Positions 11,000 to 22,900 of a stretch of 64,000 nucleotides of DNA are shown here, piece after piece. The stretch's first letter is position 1. Each line of letters begins with the position of its first letter. The DNA is from Callorhinchus milii (taxonomy: Eukaryota). The notes beneath the pieces are model-generated. The model did no database searches. It worked only from the letters and a program-made list of their open reading frames with translations, and was not told the DNA's origin. Made by a program: the position numbers and the translations under genes. The stretch spans positions 53,446,001 to 53,510,000 of the forward strand of contig NW_024704743.1 in NCBI RefSeq assembly GCF_018977255.1. Reading direction: 5' to 3'.

Positions 11000-13900
11000 C
11001 TGCAAAACAACAACAACTTGAATTTATATGACGCCCTTCAGGGGGGTTGCATCCCAGAGCGCTATATAAAACAAGTTACATAACTTCAAATGATGCTTCT
11101 TTCTTAGTGTGGTGTAAATTTTGTCTAATTTATTGTCTCTTCCTTGTCCCCCATGCACCCTCCCCCTCCCCAGAAAAGCTTACAGTGTTGCTAATAATAA
11201 ATGAAGCCCTTATACTATTGAATATAATAATATAATATTGAAATGTCTCAGTGCACTTTGTAGTAATTACTATTGGGTGTGATGACTGGGTGTTTGTGGG
11301 GAAATGCATTAACCAATTTGCACACAGCAATGTTCACATGAAGTGATTGACCTATTTTTGGTCATTTTACTTTATTTTGCAACTGGAATAATAAAAAAAA
11401 TCACCCAAAAGAAAGGAAATATTTCTGCACCTGTAATTTCACAGTAACTGGTTAACTGGTCACAACTAATGTTTGTAAGAATTAGTTATAGATGCATCAC
11501 ACAATTAAAAGGTAGGTATGGATGAAGAAAGCTCTCAGCCCATATGTTCTTACCCTTCAAGATCACCACCATACCATCTTCCTATTGCAATATTAAACTA
11601 TATCTTAATGTTGGGTGGTTAACAGCTGATTGGTATACTTTCCAAAGTACCTTAAGTTTATAAAAATAATCTATCAGTGTTTTTAAGTTTCTGAACACTG
11701 GATTGTACACAATAGAACTACATAGAACCTACAGCAAGCCATTCAGACATACAGGATCCAATTTAGTTATGTGATCTGGAAAGACACCAGAGACACTCAT
11801 TTCAACAGATGTTAGAATTTTAGACTGAAAGATTTTCATTTTGAAATTTAATTTGGGCAAATATAGGACTGCACCCAATTACTTTAGAGATGGAACAGTA
11901 AAAGCATTTATTTGTCTTCAGAGAGGGAATGGTACCTGAATGGTTTCAGAACTGTACTCTTCATTCTGATATCTTGTAAATGCTTTGGTTGGCAATAGAA
12001 ACATTCCAAAAAACAGTTTAGGATTTCTCTCATCCTGGAGGAGAATTAAACTTACCTATAAAATAAGCCAGTCACACCAATAATAAGAATCACTAGACAG
12101 GCACCAAGTATTAGGATGGTTTGTTGTATTGTAGCATTGCTTGAACCTGTAAGTTTAAAACTATAATCAGAATTTGAACCTCAAAACATCTACTTTTTAA
12201 AAACAACATGGGCCACGCAAACATCATTCATTCTCTGGGATCTTCGTGTTTCAGTAACCTTCATTTATTGTTCTCTCCTTCACAATCGAAGTAAGGTTTA
12301 TAATAAAGGAAACATATGACCCTGGCCAAAAGCAATGATTGGCTCAAGCACAAGTGTGATAGCAACTCCTATTGTAGTTTCAAGCAACAGAAGAGACAAC
12401 TGAATCCTTCTTGCTCTAAAATGTCAGCAAAAGCCACCTTTTCCGTGAAGAGAGAAAAAGACCAGTTTTCTATTCCTAACCATTATCACACACACTGTAT
12501 TGATGTATATGGGGAAAGACTATTCTCAGCTCTTATGGACCAATTGTTACCAACCACCCCCTCCCAACACCCTCAGTGTCCAAGAAGAATGGCCTCTTGG
12601 AAGAGGAGGACAGTTTATACAATTTGTACCTTCAGGAAGAAGAATAAGAGGAGCAATTACATTTAGTCAACAGACAAGAAGAGGGAGAAAATCTCTCCTG
12701 AGAATTTTCATGTCCAAAGAAAGAGGCCAATTAACCTCTAATGCACCATGAGCCTTGATTCATTCACATCACTGTCTCAGCTGTTTTCTGTGACAAGTGT
12801 CCCTTTCAAAGATTGGGAAGGAATTGGCAACCATTTCTGGCCAAAGTCAAATGACAAGAAATGTGGCCATTATGTTACCCTATAAAGTGATTTATGTCGC
12901 TCAATTTTATCAAAGTACTGGTTTAAGCAAAGCAGTCCCAAGCATGAATAAGTGCTCAGTTCACATTTATTCAAGTTTGAGAAGTTTAATTGCTGATTTA
13001 ACATATACAGTTGCTGTGAAGAATTAGATCAGTTTTGGAGGGAGAACTCAATACAGATGTCAAAGGATATAAAAACAAAGGGGAAAAGGTGGCCAATGAA
13101 ACAATTGATCAGCATCCAGATTGACATTCAGTTAGGAATCATTGCAGTGATTGAGACAGGGAAGTGTTTGAATAAAAAATGCTTTAAATATATGCACATA
13201 TAGTGTCTGATCTGAAAGAGGCAATGAGGATCTTGAAATGGTGGCTGGAGAGCCAGAAAGGAAAAAAAAGGAGCAACACAAAGAAGGGTATACTTGTGAA
13301 GGGGATTGTGTCTAATCTAAATTATGTTTCTTCAAAAAAAAACTGGACTTGTATTTTTTCTGTACTCCCTGTCATCATTCTGTGCATCACAAAATCAAAG
13401 AGTGGTCTTCTCTGAATACATGCCATGCCTTTATAGAAGGGAATCAGGTGATCTCAAATACAAACTCAATCCAATGGTTATGTTGCACAAATGGCACTGA
13501 ATCAGGCTGTGGGATAAGTAACCAGAGTGCAAGCAGAAACCTCAATTTGCAACAGTTGTAATAGTTGTAATAGAATGTTGTATTTTTACATAGTGAAGTC
13601 CAAAAAATTAATTGTTCTCATTACGTAAAGAAGTGAAGGCACAAATAGCCACATACCTTTAACTGATACTAGAGTACTAGCGACAGCTAAGCTAGTATTA
13701 TCACTTAATGTAATATTCACACAGTAGATCCCAGATTGGTTGAATCCTCTACGAAGGGTAAAATGGCATATGTCAGCTGCTTTAATGGGATCGCAAATGA
13801 TGTTCTTTGGCACCATGCATGATTTGTCTGCAATCACAGTGCACACATCAGTCGGGATACTGTAAGACACAAAATGTCCATAAAAGTAAGGCTTTCGATA

Positions 13901-16900
13901 AGACGTGGTTCTGGATTATAACTACCTATGTTATTTTGAAGACAATATTCAGTGAATAATAATCCTTGCATTTGATATAGCAGCTTTTCATATCTTTGAG
14001 GCGTCTCACTGAATGTACTGTAAAGTGGATTGATTGTGTATTTTGTGGGCAAATATAGAAATACAAGGAAGTTTAAACAGGCTCTCCAATGAAGTCTATA
14101 AATTTCGATCGCATTTAGATGAAAATCTATGCACAAATTGGCTGTTACATTGAGCTATAAAATAATCAATACATTTTACAGTAATTCCTGTGAAGCACTT
14201 TGAGATATCCTCGTGAAAGGAGCATGAAAGGAACTATATCAAATGCAAAGATTATTACTATCATTACTTCCATAGGCTCAGTTGATGTTCACTTAAGAGA
14301 TGCCAATACTATGTCTTTATGCTACTAGGTAGTGTGCATTGAACATCCAGCCTCTGCCATATAGGGTTGAGCTCAAGATCCAGCACCAGTGCATTTGAGA
14401 GGAAGTTTTGTGTGTTGAGTGTAATCAGAACAAATACATGTTAAAACAAGAGAAATGTTGCTGATCTAACCAGCTTTGAACTGATCTACACCAATCTCTA
14501 TGCTCTCCAAAACTAAAATCTTCAGTGGCATAGAACACAGAGAAATGGGATTTCATACTTAAATGATTCCCCCAACCCCACCTTTTGATGCAGAGTGGGG
14601 GATTTCTCCATAAATATGATAGCGACAATTAGTGTTTAATTGTGTGTGAGAGAATGCCTAAGTAAATGAATTGAATCTAACCTTTCCAAAGAGGTTATAT
14701 ACAATATTCATAGAATAACTTTTACTCATCCATGATTGAATCATCTGTTGGTTAAACTACAATTTTTTTAATTAAGCGTGGAAAGGCTTTTCCTGACTTG
14801 GACAGTTCAGATGGGAATGTCTCACAATGCTACAAATCGCCAATGACAAGTTACTTTATTCTTTGTAAAAGAAACAGCGACAAGTATAACTGTAAGTAAA
14901 CCTGCGAATGGTAAACCTATGGAACAGGCTCCCGAGGGTGACGGTTGAAGCAGGAAGTGTTGATTCATTCAAACACAGATTAGATAGTTTTCTTTTAGGA
15001 AATAACATTATGGGATATAGTACATAGGTAGTTCAGGACATATGTGCATGCGACCGCCAGGAAGGTGGAAGACAAACTTGATGGACCTTGGTCTTTTTTT
15101 TGGCTAGCATTTCTTATGTTCTTAAGTAAGTATGTGATCTTGAATAAAGTCAGCCCCATACCTGCCATTGCATGTGACAACAAAGTCTACCATGGAATTT
15201 GCCAGAGGTTGTGTGGCAACTTGAACACTGGTCATCTGCACAATCTTCATTTCAAGTATTCCATCTGACAAAGATAAAAAAAAATTCTGCTGCATTTTAC
15301 ATATACCTACAATCTTAATTCTACAAAAGCATTTAAGAGACATGTGCTATTGCATTAAAAAAAATTACAAGCAAGCGGTTGTAAAGTGTTTAGTCCAATT
15401 TTTTCCTATTTTATTATAACAATATTCAGTAGAACTACTAGACCATGTGTCAATTCAACATGATTTCCTTGTTAAACTGACACAATCTCAATATACAACA
15501 TATGATCTTCTTCTCCAGCTTCGACTCCAGGTCTGGCAGACATGAGGGCCTGGATCAGCGAAAACTTCCTACATCTAAATGTTGACAAGATGGAAGCCAT
15601 ACTCATTGGCTCCTATCAATGTCTCCTATCCTGTGGCTTTTATCTCCTCTATACTCCGCACCCCCATCACACCAGCTCTAGCCAGGCTCCACTGGATCCC
15701 TATCGCCGAAAAGATTGATTTCAAGATCCTCACACTCGTTTTCAAATCCCTTCATGCCCTGGCACCTCCCGACCTCTCTGACGTGCATACCCCTCAACCC
15801 GCAGCCTCCGCTTGACTGTCTCTGGCCACATGCCCCCCATTCCACCATCGGTAGCCGTGCTTTCAGCCACTAGGTCCCGAAACTCTGGAACATTCTTCTT
15901 CTATCCCTCCATCTTGCCCCTCCCTTCCCCATCTTCAGGTCGCACCTGAAGACCTTCCTATTCAACCGTGCCTAAGAGACACCTCTACCTCCCCTGGTTC
16001 GGTGTCATGCTCCGCCACTGTCAAGTGCTCTGGGATGCTACCCTGCACGAGGGGCGCTATATAAAAGCAAGTTGTTGTTGTTGTTAATCCTTTCTCTATC
16101 CAGTTGAGGGAATAGTTGTAGGAGCAATCTAATCCCAATTTGGCTTTGCATTAAATGTAATATAAGTGCAATCTAACTGCAATTGTTTACTTAAGATTTT
16201 ACAATCTAAAAATTCCCATCTGATCGACTGGATGACCCTTAACATGTGTAATGCTATTAAAGCTGGTGAAACAACCAGCTCTTCATTAACAGTAAAAACT
16301 TACCAGTTAGCTATGTCACTGCCCCATTGTTTGGGCAGGCTTTAGCTTTCATAACTACAAATTCGAATTGATTAACTCACAAATCCTCAAAAAGTGTCAC
16401 TGTAACTGCACAACACCTTCAGAAAGAAATACCTACCAACAATAGTGATGTTTGTTTTAAAGTAACCATATCGGGAGATATAGCAGTCTAAGCAGGGAGT
16501 CCGTCTCCTTGCCAACTGCATTGGCCTTCTCGTAGAGTTGGTGTTACCCATGGTCATTGGTGAGCCAGTAGCTGAAATGGTGCAAACAAGTTGTACAGAT
16601 GACAAATTGATGCTGTTTGGTCAATGAGGATGTGTTTACAGTAAAGGAGATATTAGTTGCAAATAGATTTTTGCTTTACAAGTAAATACCAAACAACAGT
16701 TTTCTGAAATAGGTCAATATCTCAAATAAGAATGAATCAGTGGAACTATTACCAGGAACTATCACTATATTTTGAATAATAAAATCAGATTGATAGCTTT
16801 TCTATGAGGCAAATCTAGCTAGTTTACAAACAACAATGTTACAAAATTAACTCTTTCTCACCACTGATGAACTACAATATATCAATTTTGAAAAGGATAA

Positions 16901-19900
16901 GATATTTAATAAGATCTCCATTCAATCTTTTCTGAGTCTTGATTCTTTTGCATCGAGTATTATTCAATTTTCACTCTGATTTCTAAACTCTTCTCCCACG
17001 ACAAGACACTTACTGGAGTTTGTTGCAGGAGACATGGTGCTTGTGGGTTCTGAAGTGTTTGTAGGCTGTTGAGTGGATGTAGATTCTGAAGCATGTGTGG
17101 ATTTTGAAGGAGTTGTGGGTACTGGAGTTGTAGTGGATTCAGCAGTCGTGGTGGGTTCTCGAGTTGTGGTGATTTCTGCAGTAGTTGTGGGTTCTGGAGT
17201 AGTTGCTGTTTTCAGAGTGGTTATCACGAACACAAAACCAGGAGGGGTTACATTATGGCCAGGGTTAGTTTCCAGCAATATTAGGAATATAAAAATAAAC
17301 TCCATTATATACTTTTGCATTAAGATATATTGTAAAGATAAACCTATTTGAGGAATATTTAGAATAATGAAAACTATATTAATAATTACCAAGTTAAATC
17401 AAGGATTAATTCTGAACTTAAACAATTGTTACATGTTTATAGTATGTACAAGGTTAATTTTGATATTTCACTGAATAATCAGGAAAAAAAACACAAGCCT
17501 ACCACTTGTAGGGTTTGGTGTAGTAGTAGTAGGACTCATCGTGGTTGTTTTAATGGAGCTACAAGGGACTGGTATGATTGCTTCAACAGTCAGAGTAGGA
17601 GTGTATTGCCCCAACATTGTGTAATTGTGAGTTGTAGTTCGGACTTTTGAAACGGACTCATTTCCATCATCAAAATTCCAGCGGTAGGTTATGGCTGCCT
17701 TCTTTAGGTAGTTGCTGGGATCTTGAATTTTTACATTGAAAATCATTTTCAGATTCTTTATATAAACATTTTCATCGTTCTTGCATTTACTTTTCTGGGA
17801 AATAGTCACGAAAACTGGAATCTTGTCTGGAAGATAAAATAACTTTACAGTAAGACAACCAGAAATACAAGGTAAAAACTTATCATGTTTAATAGAGTTG
17901 TGACAATAAATGATATCTAGCACTCAGGTTTTGCTCCTCAATTTGTCTTCAACATAAACCGGACTACATGTCTCCAGCAGATACGAAACCGGGTACCGAC
18001 AATCCTAATGCTCAACAATCAGCACATCTTCTAAAGTAGCAAAAGCAGCCAATCCTCTGGGTACTAATGACTCAGGCTTGAGAATGTAAATACATTTTAC
18101 AATGGGGAAATATGTCTTATACAACAAGAACTTGCCATTATATAGCGGCCTTCACGCGGGGTAGCGTCCCAGAGTGCTTATGCTTATGTTATGAATGAAA
18201 ACCTGTATATTATATTTCAGTCAAGGAAATATAAAATTACTATTCATTTTCATTTCATACAAAAAACTATGCAAACTTTACAAAAATCACATGAAGAACT
18301 TTGAGACATATTGACAATGTGAATCAGTGACATATGAATTGCAAGGATTATTATTATGATAAATACACTGGATTGATTTTTGTAGGCTACAGGCATAGTA
18401 GCCAACTATAATAATAATCATTACACTTAATTATAAATATAATTAATAATCATTTGCACCTTTCAAGTCAGGAGAACATCTTAAAGCGATTCACAGGATT
18501 CAATGTACAGTGGAGTGATTGTGTATTTTGCCGGCAGACATGGCAGTAAACTTGCTTTTGCTGCTGGCTTTTGGTTCTAGATTTTGCCCACAAAAATATA
18601 CAGTCAATTCACTTTACAGCATATTCTGTGAAGTGCTTTGAGAAGTCTTGAAGACATGATCAAATGCAAGGATTATTATTATCTTTTTTGGGTGAACACA
18701 AACATTTTGAAACCAATGCACACTCCATAAAAAGATCAACCCAATCCTCTTGCTAGTCTTACCTGTAACAGTGTATGGGTCACTTGCTGTTGTAATTGGA
18801 ATATACTTGTTCTTGCCATGATGATTTTTTCGGTAGACAGACAACTCCATCATGTGGTCAGCGAGTGTGATGTTAGTTGTATTGACAGAGAGCATCATCT
18901 TGGAGCCACCAGTTTGTTGATAATATTGACCTAAATTTGAAACAGGTTTGGTTAAGAAATTGTACCAGAGGATCTCTGAGACTGGAAAGAAATGTTCACT
19001 GTACCAACCTTGTGTGTGCCAGATATAAATAAAGTTCTTTCTCCTCCATTCTGTGTGTCTGGGGACAGGATGACCATCTGGGAAGATATTACACTTGGTA
19101 AATTTGGTGCAGTTAAACCAACCATAGTCATCAATCCAAGATGTCCAGTTGTACACATATTGACCAGGAAAGAATGAGGAGGCTGCAAAGTAAACAATAG
19201 TTATTATTAATAAATAAACTTATTATTATTACCACTATTAGTGATTCATACCACACAGAGGAATCAAACCTATAACTTGTAATACAGAAGAAAATCTTAC
19301 GAAGAGTTTGAAATAAGCAATCTTCATCATACAACACCGACTTGAATTTATAGCACTTTTCCCATAGAGTAACGTCTCAAAGCACTCTACAAGAATGGGG
19401 TTGAACAATAAGGAAGGGAGAAGGGGAAAGGGGAGGTGGCCATAGGTGAGTTTGAAGAGGTAGGTTTTGAGGAGGGAAATAAAGATACATAGAGAAGGAG
19501 GAGTAGATGGAGGTTAGGGATGTAAGATCTGAAGTTCTGGGCCATCAAGGGTAGCATGGAGAGGCTGGGGAAGCACAGCAAACCTGAGTTAGCTGAGCAG
19601 ATGGAGCAAGTGGAGGAGTAGGGTAGAAGATCAGAGAGAAAATGTCCTGTTGAAATGCTGCAAATGCAGAAAAAAGACATTGCTAAGTTTTGTTCCTACG
19701 TAGCATTTCCAAGTCTGTTCCACTCTATAAGCATATTTACCATTTTTGCAGTTTGAATCATATATTATATCGCCATTATCATCCTCTTTCTGACATTTGG
19801 GAAACTCGAGCATGACAGCAAAGGTTACATTTGCTCCTACCAGGGTCGGTCCATCGTTGGTCAAGTGAGCTACTACTTTTCCACCTGAAAGAGCAAAACA

Positions 19901-22900
19901 ACCAATAAGATTAGAGCATATGATATACAAATTCTAAACAATTCCTGCAAAACGCTTTGAGGCACCTCAACGTCATGATAAGGTACTATATCAAAGACAA
20001 GGATAATTATTATTTATTTTAATTATGGAGCTCATGTGGTTTCACAGTGAATAGAGCACATACACACAGCATAAGGTGATGCTGGTTTTGATAATAAGAT
20101 AAATATTACCCTCCCCCCAGCTCATGCTTTTCAGGATCCAGCAAGTCCGATTCAAGTAACAATACTAACCACAACCCATCTCATAAACTAAGGTCTTCCC
20201 CAATAGAAGGGAAAGCCTTTTTCATGTTTCCAGTCTTACAATGCAGATCTTTTCAAAGATCTGGCATAATTTTGTGAAAATTATAATAATAATCCTTACA
20301 TTTGGAATAGGTCCCAAAGGATTTCACAGGATATATTGTAAAGTGCAGTGACTGTGTGTTTGTGGGTGAAGTCTTAATTGTAGAAGGTTTAGCTAGTGCC
20401 CTGGGAGGAACTTACAGCTGTAGATTTCTTAGGCATATAGCGCTATTGTATGCCCTCACGATTTAGCATATTTCGCCCACAAAATATACAGTCAATTCAC
20501 TTTACAGTATATTCTGTGAAGCGCTTTGAGTCGTTTAGAAGACATGATAAGATGCTATATCAAATGCAAGGATTATTATTATAATTATTGTGTATCACTT
20601 TTTTCTTAAATTGTGATATGACACATATCACAATTGTTTCATCCACTGATTAATAGAAAATACATTTTCTGAATAAATAATGGCTTGGATTCATTTTAAT
20701 TCATGACTCAGATGGATAATTCGAACACACAACCACCACCACCCCCACTCCTCACCACCCCCCCAGGCTGTTTCATTGAATGTAATGCAACTTGAGGACA
20801 GGAATTTGCATTGAGCATGTCTTAGTGCCGTGCACCTCCCTTTTTGTTTCCTCCCAATTTCGTCCCCCCACCCCTTGTCCTGTCCTCCCCAAACCTTCAT
20901 CCTCTGTAAAGGCAATTTTGCCTCGTACCGGAAAAGGTTCAACAAGTACCAGTCACCTCTGAAACCTGTGGCAGGCTATTAGACTACAGGGAACCATAAC
21001 AGCTGAACCCAATACTATCCTTATCAGCACGCCCATACACCTATCTTCCCACAGGGGCTCAGGATAGCGACCGGAAACAGGACCCCTGGATGATTTTCCC
21101 CTCTCTAACTGACATGCTCAGGCCTAATGTGAAATCAACCAATTTCAGTGTGGACTAAGACTCAAACCAATGACCTACTAATATGGTCTTGTGATGCATC
21201 AGATATTGCCATTACCCAATAGACCATTGAGAGACTATATCACACAGCAAAAATAAAGTTTGTATGTCTCAAATAACTTTCTATCTGCATCCCATTATTT
21301 TATTTTGGTCAGCTGGCTTTGTGGAGTCCTGTAGCTCAGTGGTTAGAGCACTCGCTTTGCAAGCGAGAGACCCGAGTTCAATTCCAGGCAGAGGGCGAAA
21401 CCTTGGGCAAGTTTCCTTACTCCACACGCCTAATAATAATCCCTCCAAAACAAAAAACTATAATAAATTGGTCATTTTCAATCTACGACTGTTTGTGGGA
21501 CATTGCTGTGCGCAATTGGCTGCCGCGTTCGCCCACAAATATACAGTCAATTCACTTTACAGTGTGTTCTGTGAAGCGCTTTGGGACGTCCTCCCGACGT
21601 GAAAAGCGCTATATCAAATGCAAGGATTATTATTATTATTATTATATGCGGAAACCCATCACCATACTTGAGTGTCTCAACCAAACTTGGAATTCCCTGA
21701 ATGCACTTAGAAATAGAAATTCCCATATTTGGAATGGAATGAAACTCTCGGTGGAGGGATGCATCCTGTTTACCTAATTCTACAGAGCATTGGTCGCAGA
21801 TTGGGAATACCTGAGGCTTCGATGCTTAGGGTACTGCTGGATTTTAACCAGGTAGAATTGTATTGTTTGTCATTGAAAGCACTGGCAAGCCTGGCATCTA
21901 GTATGGAAGGTCCACTGCACCAATAACTCAAGTCTGTATTTCAATTTTGAGGCACAATGTGTGCCTACACTTATGAACTTAACAGTGTGGCATAAATGTT
22001 TCAGGTGTCCTATATTTCCAACACAGGCCTCAAAACAAATTTGCAAGAGCGTCAATGTTCATTTCTCGCACCACTACAGAGGCCTCTGATCATGAGTTGC
22101 TGAATCAGAAAACAGTTATAATAATACATTATATAGCACTTCTAACATCAAAGTGTCTCAAAGGACTTCACAAGTAAATGCTGTCAGGTGTTGTGACTGT
22201 ATTTGCTGGCAGACACAGCAGCCAATTTGTGCATAATTAATCATGAGGTGAATGACTAATTTTATCCGAGGTTGGCCAGAAAGCCACGAGAAATTCCTTT
22301 CTCATTACAAAAAATGTCATAGGATTTTTAATATCCATCTGAATGGGCAAATGGAACATTGGCTTTAACATTTTTTCCATGGAATGAGCACCTCCAACAA
22401 TGCAATGCTCTACCAGTGAGCAGTGAACAGTGTACAGTGAACTTAATAGCCCTACATGAGGCTTGAACTTACAACTGTCTGTGCTGCCAACTGAGCCAGG
22501 CTGTTGTGGTGTGGAAAAAATAATGCTTATTTCACAGATGACCATTAACAATCCAAACTTTCTCATCTTTAACTAAGCAAGATTCAACGTCAAAGAGGAA
22601 ACATTTTACCCATCTAAATATAATCCCTGCAATACAAACAAAAATACTTTTACGTTTACTTACCTTTCCAACAGTGTTTCCATCGGATGTCGTTTTTCCT
22701 CCAAGAGGGATAGATTTGGTCATCCCAGGAATTGCTATCAGGGAGCCATCCAGGTAGATGGATAGAATGCCGAGAGGTGAAGAACAATTTCCTTCCATGG
22801 GTTAACACGTCACGGTAACCTGACAAAACAAAGAAATAATTGGAAGCACATCGGAATAAATAAAATTTTGTTTTGATTGCTAAACTTTTATCTGGTCACT

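Noticed and set aside
16964..17392. Using the whole 142-aa ORF, with its hydrophobic N-terminus, as a separate mucin gene
   Set aside because: The 5' part is AT-rich intron; only 17014-17205 is bounded by splice sites in phase with GPNMB.
21323..21400. tRNA gene (Ala-like head with A and B boxes)
   Set aside because: Continues directly into the SINE core and tail and recurs in many diverged copies; it is a SINE head.
21264..21777. Recurring ORFs such as [16 protein letters not shown] and [12 protein letters not shown]
   Set aside because: Chance translations of SINE copies.
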